A stretch of 64,000 nt of DNA from Candidatus Anderseniibacteriota bacterium. GTDB lineage: Bacteria; Patescibacteriota; Andersenbacteria; UBA10190. The notes beneath the pieces are model-generated. The model saw nothing but the letters and a program-made list of their open reading frames with translations. It made no database searches and was not told the origin of the DNA. A program made the position numbers and the translations under genes. This document shows positions 48,262 to 58,735 of the stretch, piece after piece (position 1 is the stretch's first letter; every line of letters starts with the position of its first letter). Location: the NCBI GenBank assembly GCA_016197005.1, contig JACPWO010000001.1, forward strand, positions 5,106 through 69,105. Reading direction: 5' to 3'.

Positions 48262-49509
48262 TTGCTGGCCAATAGCATTGGGTTATCACTTATATCTGAC
48301 CACGTCAAGGTGAATATCCTTTTTCTTTCTGGACAGTACCCTCCGCACAGCAAAGGTGGCGGAGAAATTTCAACGTCCCTCATTGCCGATGGTTTGCGCA
48401 ATAGGGGAGTATCGGTCGAGGTAGTAACCGATACTGACTTGCCGGGCCTGATAGCGAAACCACTTTTTGAGCGATCTCATGCGCAAAAACTCGCACGAAT
48501 TTTGGCTGCTCAAAAGAAAGGCGGCGCAGAAACAATAGGGCACGCGCACGATTTTCGTAGTGGATTAGTTTTATATGAGCTCATGCAGATGGGAGTGATA
48601 GAACCTAAGCAAGCCTACATTACTCTACGTGACTATGCAGCTATCTCAGGGGATACAAATAACATTGTGAAACCTGGCAGCATTACGAAGGAGCCGCTTA
48701 GTATGCACGCCAGTTGGAAGTCGTACCGCGTGCAAGAGGCCCCTTTTCCGCGTAATATAGCCCGTTTTTGGCAGTATACATATAACATCCGCTATCGGAA
48801 CAAGGCACTTAGCTCCATTCCCAACCGCATTTATATATCGAATGCGCAGCGACAATATATCGAGCAACACCTTCCTGTACCACAGCAAAAGACTAGGATT
48901 ACGACGATATACAACCCCGTGGCACCGGAATATTTTCAATCTCCCGCTCCTACCAAGAATACATTCGAGGTGCTGTATGTAGGGCGCATTGAGGAATACA
49001 AGGGAGTGCGTCTGCTCCTTACCGCATGGCGAGAGGTTGTGGTGCAGGTTCCGCAAGCTCGCTTAAAACTTGTTGGGCGTGGTGCACAAGAGACGGAGTA
49101 TGTAGATCTCGTGAGGGAATGGGGTTTGGAAAAATCAGTGACTTTTGTGGAGCACGTGCCGTATGAGCAGATGATCAAACTGTATGATGCGGCAGGCATT
49201 ATTGTGTCGCCTCATCTCTGGGCGGAACCATTTGGTCGATCAGTCATTGAGGCAATGGCCCGGGCCCGGGTTGTGATAGCGGCGAATCACGGTGGCCCAG
49301 CCGAACTTATTCAGCCAGAAAAGACTGGGATACTCTTTTCGAAGGGATCAGTAGGGGCGCTTAGCACGTCACTCGTGAGTGCGCTGCACATGCCGATAGA
49401 GCGACGACAGGCCATAGGAGCAGCTGCCAGACAGTGGACGGAGCAGCACCTCTCAGTTGACCATATTGCTCGTCAGTACAAACAATTTTATCGCGAGACG
49501 AGTATCTGA
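48262..49509 (+). CDS. GT4-family glycosyltransferase
   Basis: …VNILFLSGQYPPHSKGGGE…; EPFGRSVIEAMARARVVIAAN. The start is uncertain (TTG 48262 or GTG 48310). The 3' end overlaps the convergent GT9 gene by 22 nt. Confidence 0.6.
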   Translation: MLANSIGLSLISDHVKVNILFLSGQYPPHSKGGGEISTSLIADGLRNRGVSVEVVTDTDLPGLIAKPLFERSHAQKLARILAAQKKGGAETIGHAHDFRSGLVLYELMQMGVIEPKQAYITLRDYAAISGDTNNIVKPGSITKEPLSMHASWKSYRVQEAPFPRNIARFWQYTYNIRYRNKALSSIPNRIYISNAQRQYIEQHLPVPQQKTRITTIYNPVAPEYFQSPAPTKNTFEVLYVGRIEEYKGVRLLLTAWREVVVQVPQARLKLVGRGAQETEYVDLVREWGLEKSVTFVEHVPYEQMIKLYDAAGIIVSPHLWAEPFGRSVIEAMARARVVIAANHGGPAELIQPEKTGILFSKGSVGALSTSLVSALHMPIERRQAIGAAARQWTEQHLSVDHIARQYKQFYRETSI

Positions 49510-50582
49510 TTAACTCGATTGGTGACCATGGCGACAGTAAGGGAGAGAATGGTTTCGTGAGGTTGTTTCTCAAGATTTGCGCTCGCTTCGGTTCTATATA
49601 TCGGCTTTGTTCCTGGTGCTCTGGCAATAGAAGATTTTTTCCCTCGTGGACCGGTTGCTATTTCGCTAGTTGGACCAAATAATCCAAGTGTTTCGACTCC
49701 AGCAGCTGCGGCCAAATGCATAAGACCAGAATCGTTGGCAATCATGAGACGACAGCGCTGCATAACTGCAGCCGTCGTGAAAAGTGAACTAGAGATAGAC
49801 GTAACAGAAGACGATCTTATTAATGATCGTAGCTGCTCCTTCTGCCCCTCTTCTTCTGGGCCACCGAATAGCAAAATGTGTGCCTTGTGATCTTTAATGA
49901 GTGCCTGAGCTACTTCCGCAAACCGTTCAATTGGCCAGCGCTTGAAGGCTAAATCCGGAGCAGAACCGGCATGCAGGCCAATAATCATCTGATGAGGCGA
50001 AAGGTTTATCCCTTTCAGCAGTGCAGTTGCTTCACCGCGATATTGCTCAGAAACGTTTATCTTGTAGCCATTATCATGGACGGAGATACCGAGCGGCCCC
50101 AGTAAGCGCAAATTTTGCTCTATATCATGTATACTTCGTTCTTCTTCTATCGTGTCAGTAAGGAGAAACGTACTGGCAGGTGAGTTAAAAAATGGATAGC
50201 TAGCACCGATTCGACGAGTAATTCCCCCTAGGTACAAATAGGCAGCACTTTTTACGAGCTGGCCAGGGGAGAGAACGATCCCAATATCGAATTTCTTTTT
50301 ATAGAGTGATAGCACTTGTCGTACATGTTGCGCTGCCGTCGTCTGAATTGGCATTTCAATAATACTATCCACGTTTGGATCGTTTTCCGCTAAGAATTTT
50401 GTCCCGCGCGGTGCTACCCACACGGCAATCGAAGAATTTGGAAATTTTTCCTTAGCTGCGGCGATAGCTGGCGATTGCATAATATAATTTCCAATCCCTG
50501 ATAGCGCCAAGAAGAGAATACGAGGATTTTCTTTAGTGCGATTTGCGGAGATCGTCATAGAGAGAAATGATTTTATTAACAC
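49488..50582 (-). CDS. GT9-family glycosyltransferase (ADP-heptose:LPS heptosyltransferase-like fold)
   Basis: ILFLALSGIGNYIMQSPAI…; LHAGSAPDLAFKRWPIERFAEV…ILLFGGPEE. Confidence 0.6.
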   Translation of the reverse strand: MLIKSFLSMTISANRTKENPRILFLALSGIGNYIMQSPAIAAAKEKFPNSSIAVWVAPRGTKFLAENDPNVDSIIEMPIQTTAAQHVRQVLSLYKKKFDIGIVLSPGQLVKSAAYLYLGGITRRIGASYPFFNSPASTFLLTDTIEEERSIHDIEQNLRLLGPLGISVHDNGYKINVSEQYRGEATALLKGINLSPHQMIIGLHAGSAPDLAFKRWPIERFAEVAQALIKDHKAHILLFGGPEEEGQKEQLRSLIRSSSVTSISSSLFTTAAVMQRCRLMIANDSGLMHLAAAAGVETLGLFGPTSEIATGPRGKKSSIARAPGTKPIYRTEASANLEKQPHETILSLTVAMVTNRVNQILVSR

Positions 50583-51687
50583 TTGTGTCCCAGGAAAAGT
50601 TTATAGCCACGAAGTCCTTAGCCTTGCGGGCGTCAAGCTCCCGACCCATTGTATCTTTCGCGAGCGTATCCATAATATTTCGTACTAACTGCTCGGAGGA
50701 AGAGAAGAGCATCTCTTGGTACATTGGTGCAGTTACAAATGGGATTGCCGCAGTATCTCGCGCAATAATTGGGGTTCCTGCAGCTTGTGCCTCAGCAATA
50801 ACGATACCAAACGCCTCATAATATGAGGGATGGATGAAGATAGTTGCTTGCTGGTAGGCGCCAATAAGTTCCTCTCGAGAGAGTTTACCTAAAAAATGAA
50901 TACTTGAGTCGACACCTATACGACGAGCTAGTACGCGAAGCTGCTCAAGCAAACCAAAATCTTCGCCAACAACTACAAGTTGTATATCGGGGATCTGGCG
51001 ACGGACAGTTGGTAAAACCTGGATAAGATCCTCTAATCCTTTTCCTGGCGACAAACGAGAAACCGTGAGTAAAATTGTTCCCCTTATTTTTCTCTTCAAA
51101 AAAGGATTTATACGAGGGCGCTCAAATTCGTCTACATCTACTCCGGGCGGAATTACTTCAAATCGTTTTACTGGAAAACAAGCAGCTTCAATTAATTTTT
51201 GCTCAAACGGAGATATAACTACTACGACATCAGCTGCTTCAAATGTTTTTCTACCAATATATTTTTTATATAACTGCCATGTTTTTTTCTGCCTTGTTTT
51301 ATTCTCGTAATACATGGGATGAAAAATAAATGGAACAGCATGTTCACGTGCATACCGAGCGGTTACATCGGCTGGCTGATACCAAAAACTGTAGCCGTGT
51401 AAGATATCTGGCTTATGGTGGGTGAGATAATATCGCAGAGCTTGGAGTCGGGGGTAAGAGAGTAATGGAGTCTTCAAATGATGGAGACGTTGGACGTATG
51501 GTGGGTCATTTAGTAAAAGCTCTGGGTTGAGTTCCTCAATCGGGCTATGCATTCGCATCTTGCTGGTTAATACGCGAACATCCCGACCTTCATTAATGTT
51601 TCTAGTGCGTTCCACAAGCTCTTGGACATACGTTTCAACCCCACCGGTTGAAGGTGGGTACCGCAAACAGGTATGTACTATTCTCAT
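50533..51687 (-). CDS. GT4-family glycosyltransferase
   Basis: MRIVHTCLRYPPSTGGVETYV…; YYEAFGIVIAEAQAAGTPIIARD. Confidence 0.7.
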   Translation of the reverse strand: MRIVHTCLRYPPSTGGVETYVQELVERTRNINEGRDVRVLTSKMRMHSPIEELNPELLLNDPPYVQRLHHLKTPLLSYPRLQALRYYLTHHKPDILHGYSFWYQPADVTARYAREHAVPFIFHPMYYENKTRQKKTWQLYKKYIGRKTFEAADVVVVISPFEQKLIEAACFPVKRFEVIPPGVDVDEFERPRINPFLKRKIRGTILLTVSRLSPGKGLEDLIQVLPTVRRQIPDIQLVVVGEDFGLLEQLRVLARRIGVDSSIHFLGKLSREELIGAYQQATIFIHPSYYEAFGIVIAEAQAAGTPIIARDTAAIPFVTAPMYQEMLFSSSEQLVRNIMDTLAKDTMGRELDARKAKDFVAINFSWDTSVNKIISLYDDLRKSH

Positions 51688-52481
51688 ATGTGTTTTTTCA
51701 CCATATTTAGATATTTATTGCCCATTTCCCATTCATAGTATCCAGATAAGAGGGCCCACATAAAGCCGGCGTAGCCATCCCGTAGACCTCCACGATAAAA
51801 CGCTAATTTTATAAATTGCCGCACAGCCAACGTACATGGAAGAAGTTTTGAAGGCTTAATTGATCGTCCAGAGCGATGTTTTCCGCTTGCAGCCATTTGG
51901 GCAGCGTCGAGTGAGGTGTACCCGTGCATTTTTTCTAAATAGGAAGAAACTGTTGCGTGACTATGGTGAATCAAAAAAGCTGGAATCATTCCAGAATTGT
52001 CACCACCTAGTTTTACAATTCTATCCCCGGAAGCATTGATAAGCTCCATTTGCTCGTGGACAGCTCGATTAGTCCATTGCGCTTGTCCTTTTCTTACGAG
52101 GCGAGGGTTGTTTCCAGTCAGGTGCTTGAGTGGACGACCAAGAAAAATATCTACTACTCGTACCCAGTAGACCGAATATTGGGTTGTTCCCGAGAGTACT
52201 GTAGTAATTTCCTGCCTCAATGCCGGAGAGATTTCTTCATCGGCATCCAAAAAGAAAACCCATTTAGAAGTTGCTGCAGATAATCCTCGATTCTTTTGCG
52301 ATCCATATCCCTCCCACTCGTTTTGAATGATTCTCGCACCTGCTGCTGTTACTATCTCCGCAGTTCGATCTTGACTTGAGTCATCGACAACAATAATCTC
52401 ATCGGCAAATGTAGCACTCTGGATAGCCCGAGCAATGACTTTTTCTTCATTCTTGGCAGTAATTACAACGGTAAGGCTCAT
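51684..52481 (-). CDS. GT2-family glycosyltransferase
   Basis: LTVVITAKNEEKVI…IIVVDDSSQD…LDADE. Confidence 0.7.
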   Translation of the reverse strand: MSLTVVITAKNEEKVIARAIQSATFADEIIVVDDSSQDRTAEIVTAAGARIIQNEWEGYGSQKNRGLSAATSKWVFFLDADEEISPALRQEITTVLSGTTQYSVYWVRVVDIFLGRPLKHLTGNNPRLVRKGQAQWTNRAVHEQMELINASGDRIVKLGGDNSGMIPAFLIHHSHATVSSYLEKMHGYTSLDAAQMAASGKHRSGRSIKPSKLLPCTLAVRQFIKLAFYRGGLRDGYAGFMWALLSGYYEWEMGNKYLNMVKKHI

Positions 52482-53134
52482 AGCTCAATCACTTGTTGAA
52501 TTGTTTTAACAGCAATGGGGAGCTTTGAAACAAATGCAACGTGTCGGGCAAAATCATCAGTGGAGATAGTGTGCTCCTTCTCATGTTCGCTATTGTCAAC
52601 GATGTGAAATGTTTCAACTAGCCACTTGTTAGAGACAACTGCCCAGATTGCTAAAAGATTTGCCTTCCAGACACGAAAATTTCGACGAGTGAAGTCGAAT
52701 GATCTGATTTTATAGGGATCAGTTGGCGGCGTAGTTTCCAGTCCGCGTACTAAACTCCGAGCCGCCGAATAATGCTGAGCTGTGGCCTTTCGAACATTGT
52801 CATTGTGAGCACCACCGGGATAGACGAGGGTTTTTGCGGCAAGCTTTTGGACTGGTTCAGCGAGTTCTTGGGTAAGTTGCTCAGCCGTAATCTTCGTGAG
52901 ATCAACGTGATTAATAGAATGGGCGGCAATTTCATGTCCGTGCTTAGTCAAGTCAAGCCAGGCTGACCATGGTCGTATTGATCGTCCTTCCTTCGCTTCC
53001 ACCCGAGCCGAATTAAGCGGAAGAGCAAAAACTCCAGGCATCTCATGCTGGTTTAATATTGGGAGAACATTTTCGTACGTCTGACTGTACCCATCGTCAA
53101 ACGAAAAAGTTATTACTCCCCGTGTAGTACTCAT
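52478..53134 (-). CDS. polysaccharide deacetylase (CE4 / NodB homology domain)
   Basis: ITFSFDDGY…; HGHEIAAHSINH. Confidence 0.65.
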   Translation of the reverse strand: MSTTRGVITFSFDDGYSQTYENVLPILNQHEMPGVFALPLNSARVEAKEGRSIRPWSAWLDLTKHGHEIAAHSINHVDLTKITAEQLTQELAEPVQKLAAKTLVYPGGAHNDNVRKATAQHYSAARSLVRGLETTPPTDPYKIRSFDFTRRNFRVWKANLLAIWAVVSNKWLVETFHIVDNSEHEKEHTISTDDFARHVAFVSKLPIAVKTIQQVIEL

Positions 53135-54309
53135 GAAACGTATTTTTTAATTTCCGCTAATACTTTTTTACTAGCCGTGCCATCCGTAGTTGTGACCATG
53201 CGCTGGAGGGTAGATGTTACGGCAGCTTGTTTCTCTTTCGGGTTTTGTAATGCGCGATCAATTGCTTTGATTAGTTCCTTCTTGTTATTAGCGACATAGG
53301 TGCCATTGTCTGCCAGTACGTCTACGTAGTGCTCTTTAAAATCATGAGATACCGGCGACCGTTTCCAGCGAATCCAATCAAACGGAGCACCATATGTAAT
53401 ATTGATGACAGGCTGGCCTGCTAGCATGGACTCAAGAGCGACGCTGGAAGAGTGATTTATAAGAACATTGGTATGTTTAAATAGGGCAACTAACATATAA
53501 ATGTCTTCCTGTGTCGGCCGATAGGCAAAAGCAGGGTGGGGGGCTGGATCTTTACGACCGAAGGAAAAGCGAACGGTAACTCCTAGCTGCTGTAGTTTCT
53601 GGTGCTTTTTCATATTTCCTCCCGGGTGAACTGATGCATACAAGTGAGAGCGGGGAATATTACCCCTCTGCATTGCAGCGATTACTGCTTCAACTACGTA
53701 ATCCAATGGATATAGTTCAGTGGTGGCAAAGTGAAGCAGAGGCAGAGAAGTATCCGTGAAGCCGAGATACTGAAAAAGGGCATCTTTACTGGGAATGTGG
53801 TCGTCGTGGCTAAAGTAATCCAGTCGAGGAGCTCCGATAACAATAACTTGATCCTCTCGCACCGATGGAATGAGTCGTAGTAAATGTGATTTCATCATGG
53901 TGTTCCAAACAATAAGGTGATCAGCGATGTGGATCGGTTTCTTATTCTGCATAAGCCGCCCAATTTTCCAAACATTATCCCAGCTCGCAATGAATGTCAG
54001 AGTAGAAATTTGCAGAGCTCCTGCACTTTTGAGCAATGGATAATCTAGTTCGTCATGGCCGACAGTATCGGTAATGACAATATCGGGAGCAAGATGCTGA
54101 AGGAGTTTCTCGTGGCCTGCCATATCTTTGGGATTTTCGTAATATGAAAACTTTGATGAAAAGTCAGAGAAAATCTCCTGTGCCACGGCAGCTGCCGGCG
54201 TAACAATATACACACCGGTAATATCCGAATCGTTCTCAATATATTGCCGCAGTGGCAACACGAGCTCACGCAGGTGATACCCAGTCGGCACAGAAAAAAG
54301 CAATTTCAT
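53131..54309 (-). CDS. GT-B-like transferase, possibly CDP-glycerol glycerophosphotransferase (TagB/TagF) family
   Basis: The C-terminal block LINHSSSVALESMLAGQPVINI resembles the TagF 'LITDYSSV' region. No other diagnostic motif was seen. Confidence 0.35.
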   Translation of the reverse strand: MKLLFSVPTGYHLRELVLPLRQYIENDSDITGVYIVTPAAAVAQEIFSDFSSKFSYYENPKDMAGHEKLLQHLAPDIVITDTVGHDELDYPLLKSAGALQISTLTFIASWDNVWKIGRLMQNKKPIHIADHLIVWNTMMKSHLLRLIPSVREDQVIVIGAPRLDYFSHDDHIPSKDALFQYLGFTDTSLPLLHFATTELYPLDYVVEAVIAAMQRGNIPRSHLYASVHPGGNMKKHQKLQQLGVTVRFSFGRKDPAPHPAFAYRPTQEDIYMLVALFKHTNVLINHSSSVALESMLAGQPVINITYGAPFDWIRWKRSPVSHDFKEHYVDVLADNGTYVANNKKELIKAIDRALQNPKEKQAAVTSTLQRMVTTTDGTASKKVLAEIKKYVS

Positions 54310-54310
54310 A

Positions 54311-55036
54311 TTATTTACCGGTTAGGCGTAGTCGCCACGCGAGTAGAAGAGCTTCCTGAACAATATTCCCATTCATCTTTGATTGCCCGTCCCGTCGTTC
54401 CGTAAATATAATCGGAATTTCGCGAAGTTTTTGTCCGGTCTTCCACGCTCGAAAATTCATAGCAATCTGAAACCCATATCCATTTGCATCTATTGTTTCG
54501 AAGTTAATTGCCTTAAGCGTATCCGTTTTCCACGCCTTAAAACCGCCAGTGGCATCATGTATAGGAATGCCGGTGACGATACGAGCATACCAATTACCAG
54601 CCAGACTAATAAGAAGTCGTCGTAAAGGCCAGTTAACCACACTAATACCGTGGCTGTACCGGGAACCAATTGCTACATCAGCTGACTCCAGAGCGCCGAG
54701 GAGTCGGGGTAGATCTTCTGGATCGTGCGAAAAGTCAGCATCCATTTGAACAATTGCGTCAGCCCCATGATCTAGCGCGTACCGAAACCCAGCGACGTAC
54801 GCGCGTCCTAGGCCAGCTTTGGCGGGCCGTGTTTTCAAATGGAGGGCCGGAAACGCCTTTTGCATCGAGGCAACAATCTCACCCGTTTTATCCGGGGAAG
54901 AATCATCGACAATAAGCACTGATAATCGAGGAATAGATAGACTAAATAAAGACTCAATTAAGCGTTTTATATTATCGCGCTCGTTATAGGTAGGGATGAC
55001 TACCCAGGGATTCTTAATCGGCATGGAAGTGATCAT
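54311..55036 (-). CDS. GT2 polyprenyl-phosphate mannosyl/glycosyl transferase (Dpm1-like, soluble)
   Basis: VVIPTYNERDNI…LIVDDSSPDKTGEIV…DADFSHDP. Confidence 0.7.
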   Translation of the reverse strand: MITSMPIKNPWVVIPTYNERDNIKRLIESLFSLSIPRLSVLIVDDSSPDKTGEIVASMQKAFPALHLKTRPAKAGLGRAYVAGFRYALDHGADAIVQMDADFSHDPEDLPRLLGALESADVAIGSRYSHGISVVNWPLRRLLISLAGNWYARIVTGIPIHDATGGFKAWKTDTLKAINFETIDANGYGFQIAMNFRAWKTGQKLREIPIIFTERRDGQSKMNGNIVQEALLLAWRLRLTGK

Positions 55037-56093
55037 TAAGGACAGTCATTACTTCGTCAACTGTGATAACAGAAAGGATGCTTTTCGTATGCTGACGCCC
55101 AGGTGTTTGCCAACCTGTATATCCTTGTGTCTTCGCTTCAGCCGGTGTGAGACTAACAAACGGCGCATTATTTTTCAGTAAACGAATATCCGAGTAATTA
55201 GTTACCCCCAGGAGTGTGCGGTGCTTACGCTTCGAGTTTCGAATATATTCGTTTAAAAAGTAAGCGGGAGCAGCCCGATGAAGAGGATGATCACCATATA
55301 AACAAATAGTTGGGCATCCAACCGCCGCAGCAAAATGCATTGGCCCGGATAGAACTCCAATTGCCACATCGGCATGAAGTAATGTTGCAATATTCTCACG
55401 AAGCGATAGTTTGCGACCTTGATATTCTGGAACGTGTTTACCACCAAACCAGATAGGTTTTACGCCAAACTTTTTCTCAATCATAACCTCGAGTACAGAA
55501 ACTTTTTCCGGATCCCAACCTCGGGTCGTTGCGCCTTCAATTCCTTCGAGCAGCACAATTCGTGGTCGTGGACTATCCTTCATCACGGCAGCGGCTACTT
55601 CTGTATCCTGATTAGAAAAATATAGCTGGTAGTTACTATATGTCTCTTCCGGCAAGCGCAGTACGTCCTTAAATGCATGTTCGATCGGATTGCTTCCATG
55701 TCCGATACCAAAATCGAGCTCGTATACTACATCATAATCGCCTGATTTTTTTTGCTGTTCATAATATTTTTTGCTCCACGTAGGAAACGATCGTCCCTCT
55801 TCTCTGCAAATAGTACCGTCGAGTGACAACGCTGCGTCGTGATAATGCACAAGCTGATCAATATGTGGATTTGTCATCATAAGAGCAATGCAAAATCCAC
55901 TTTGATTTCGCTGTCCCCACCGTGCTCGTTTTAAATAGAAAGGGGGACGACGTTTTACTTCTTTGAACCCCCATGCAGTTACAAGTGTTATGTGGGAGGA
56001 AGGGTATCTCTTTTTTAGCACCTCCAACACTGGTGGCACGATAAATATCATATCGCCCATATTGCCGACGTGTTTTACAAGTATTTTTTTCAC
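55014..56093 (-). CDS. GT9-family glycosyltransferase (heptosyltransferase-like)
   Basis: MKKILVKHVGNMGDMIFIVPPVLEVLKKRYP…; C-domain …GVLSGPMHFAAAVGCPTICLYG. Confidence 0.55.
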   Translation of the reverse strand: MKKILVKHVGNMGDMIFIVPPVLEVLKKRYPSSHITLVTAWGFKEVKRRPPFYLKRARWGQRNQSGFCIALMMTNPHIDQLVHYHDAALSLDGTICREEGRSFPTWSKKYYEQQKKSGDYDVVYELDFGIGHGSNPIEHAFKDVLRLPEETYSNYQLYFSNQDTEVAAAVMKDSPRPRIVLLEGIEGATTRGWDPEKVSVLEVMIEKKFGVKPIWFGGKHVPEYQGRKLSLRENIATLLHADVAIGVLSGPMHFAAAVGCPTICLYGDHPLHRAAPAYFLNEYIRNSKRKHRTLLGVTNYSDIRLLKNNAPFVSLTPAEAKTQGYTGWQTPGRQHTKSILSVITVDEVMTVLNDHFHAD

Positions 56094-57181
56094 AGTTCTG
56101 AAACTAGCTGTTGAATACGTTCAGCTGATCGTTGATAGTTATATTGCTGAAGACGTTGCCGAGCCGTATCTACAACGCTAGCATACAACACCTCATCTTG
56201 AAGAAGACGCGAGCCTTGAGCCACCAAGTCTGCAACTGATTGTTCACGCGAAGCGGGTAGTGCTGGAAATAAGTCCATTTGTCCGTCGGAATTAGCCCCA
56301 ATACTAGGCGTTCCAATGGCAGCACAATCAACCTGCACACGTCCGCGAGTTTGCGTATAGTCAGTATTTACTACCAGGGAAGTCTGAGTCAGATACTCTA
56401 GATGCTGTCGCCATGGTTCAAACCGAATAACTTCAAAGACGGAGTGCTGCAATGCGGAGACATCTGGCTCAGAGCCTGGTTCACCCAACGTTGCAATATG
56501 TATGACATACTCAGGAAACTGTTTCTGAATTTGAGCCGCTACTTCGACTCCCTTGGTAATATTATCTCGGTTCGTAAGTCCGGCCACAAAAATGATCTTC
56601 TTTTTCTCACGAAAAGGTTTAAAAAACTGAGCCGCATATTCAACTGGATACGGTTGGGGGATATAGCGCACTTGCTGTGCGTGATCGGGAACCAGTGCCC
56701 GCCAATCCTTCTCAGTAGATTTAACAATCGTCACAAATATGTCGCACGCTTTAATAAATCCCTTAAAATCCTTTAGCCAGTCCAGGTTTTCGGTCCAGTA
56801 ATCTTTTAGTATTCCGTAGGGTTGAGTGGGAACGCCTAAAATTTTAATACTCGGTATTTCCTTCTTTATACGCTTGGTCAAGGCGGTGATCTCGTGTCCA
56901 TTACTAATTTGATGGACAATCATAAGCGTATCGAATTGTTTGAGATACGAGATGTCATATGCTGGCCACGAGCCAGTCAGTTTTTTATAGACTCGTTTTA
57001 AAATTGTCGGCTTGATTAGAAACGTTAAAGGAATATGTTCGCCTTCGAGAGCGGATACATAGCAACCAAAACTCGTTGGATCGAGTTCTTTTTGGGGATC
57101 ACTCAAATAGTTAGGTCTCTCTGGTGTATGTCGCCACACCGCCCCCGTTTTTGATGTGTATTCAAGAACTGCAAATTTCAT
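56090..57181 (-). CDS. GT-B-fold glycosyltransferase, family unassigned
   Basis: Two Rossmann-like halves. C-domain …RGRVQVDCAAIGTPSIGA…. Confidence 0.4.
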   Translation of the reverse strand: MKFAVLEYTSKTGAVWRHTPERPNYLSDPQKELDPTSFGCYVSALEGEHIPLTFLIKPTILKRVYKKLTGSWPAYDISYLKQFDTLMIVHQISNGHEITALTKRIKKEIPSIKILGVPTQPYGILKDYWTENLDWLKDFKGFIKACDIFVTIVKSTEKDWRALVPDHAQQVRYIPQPYPVEYAAQFFKPFREKKKIIFVAGLTNRDNITKGVEVAAQIQKQFPEYVIHIATLGEPGSEPDVSALQHSVFEVIRFEPWRQHLEYLTQTSLVVNTDYTQTRGRVQVDCAAIGTPSIGANSDGQMDLFPALPASREQSVADLVAQGSRLLQDEVLYASVVDTARQRLQQYNYQRSAERIQQLVSEL

Positions 57182-57184
57182 AGG

Positions 57185-58735
57185 CTATACTTTGCGCCAC
57201 TTTACGAGTTTTCCACGAATAATTGCAAGCACTGTTTCCATTTCTTCCACCTTCCACAGCCAAGCGCCACCAAAGAAGACGACGCACCCAATAAGAGTGG
57301 GTAGGAATAATTGTGTTAGTGAAATTCCTGGAAGTTCTACAGTGCGGATAAATAAAATAACAGCTGCCAGTAAAATTGCGAGACAAGCAGTTTTTAAAAA
57401 CGTTATGTGATGAAACGCCCTGGTAAGATTCGGAATATGTCGACGGAGATAAAAACCATACAAAAGTGCCGTACTTATTGGCACGAGCGAAGAAGCCAGC
57501 GCCAGTCCAGCGTGGCCCATGGGTGGAACTAAAAGCAAGAAGAGGGAAATTGCGACAATCTGAGAGGCGATGGAGACAATAACAGCTGCTTTTGTCTTTT
57601 GTAGAGCCAGTACCGCATGTCCGAAAACTGAACTAATGCCATTAGTTGTCAGCCCAAGTACTAAGAAAAGCAGTGCAATACTCGTCATAGCGGCATCCTG
57701 CTTTGAAAAGGATCCATGCTGATACACAAAATCAATGAGGGGTTCACGCAACAATGCAACGCCAATAACCAAAGGAACTGTGACAAAAGTAATGAGGCGA
57801 ATCGCTGAGCTTATAGTCACCAACATCCCAGCGGCATCTTTTTTACTAGCTTTTTGCGATAGAAGCGGAAAAATAACCAATGTTACCGAATTAAGAAACA
57901 TGATAGTCAGAAGTTGAGTAATTTTTTCCGCAAATTTTAGCGAGGCGAGACTTCCCTCAGTTAAATCAGACACGAGCATACGATATACGATTCCTGCTAC
58001 CTGCGTCACTAATACAGAGAAGATGAAAGGGTAGACCATATACGCCAGTTGGCGAACAATTGGATCACGAATATTAAAGATAAAACGGTACTTAAGTCCG
58101 GCTCTGCGTAGTCCAATCATTAATACTAGAAATTGGAAAAGCGAACCTATGGCCACTCCAATTGCGAGTGCGGCAATTCCCATACGTGGTGCCAGTGTGA
58201 CAATCGCGATAATAGATATGGCTGGTGCCAGAAGGCGCATTGAAGCAGGTAACGCAAACCGCTGAAGTGAATGGAGCATGGAGGTCGCAAACTCAACCAA
58301 AAACAGGAATAGGAACGACGGAAGAAGAATGTAGAGCAAATAGACTGTGAGTTCAAAAGTCTCGGGCGCAAAACCGGGCGCTATGAAATGAATGAAGGGG
58401 CGAGCAAACAATGTAAGAATGGCAATCATCATAATATATAGCACCGCAGTTATATGAAATATATTGAGCGCCATATGCCACGCATCTTGTCGTCGCCCAT
58501 TCGACAGCTTCTGTACAAACATAGGGATAAATACCGCGGTAATTGAGCCTCCTAACAAAAGCTTTGATAGCAGCTCTGAGGTTGATTGCGCCATAAAGAA
58601 TGCATCGGTTTCGGCAGCGGCTCCGAAATAGTAGGCAACCAGCAATTGTAGTACGAAGCCAACCAAGGCTCCCCCAAACGCCGTCAGTCCGATTACACCA
58701 GCATTGCCAGTTGTACGTTCAAACTCTGTTTTCAT
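57185..58735 (-). CDS. MurJ/MviN-like MOP-superfamily flippase
   Basis: 14 predicted TM helices. …VAYYFGAAAETDAFFMAQSTSELLSKLLLGGSITAVFIPMF matches the MurJ N-terminal signature. Confidence 0.65.
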   Translation of the reverse strand: MKTEFERTTGNAGVIGLTAFGGALVGFVLQLLVAYYFGAAAETDAFFMAQSTSELLSKLLLGGSITAVFIPMFVQKLSNGRRQDAWHMALNIFHITAVLYIMMIAILTLFARPFIHFIAPGFAPETFELTVYLLYILLPSFLFLFLVEFATSMLHSLQRFALPASMRLLAPAISIIAIVTLAPRMGIAALAIGVAIGSLFQFLVLMIGLRRAGLKYRFIFNIRDPIVRQLAYMVYPFIFSVLVTQVAGIVYRMLVSDLTEGSLASLKFAEKITQLLTIMFLNSVTLVIFPLLSQKASKKDAAGMLVTISSAIRLITFVTVPLVIGVALLREPLIDFVYQHGSFSKQDAAMTSIALLFLVLGLTTNGISSVFGHAVLALQKTKAAVIVSIASQIVAISLFLLLVPPMGHAGLALASSLVPISTALLYGFYLRRHIPNLTRAFHHITFLKTACLAILLAAVILFIRTVELPGISLTQLFLPTLIGCVVFFGGAWLWKVEEMETVLAIIRGKLVKWRKV

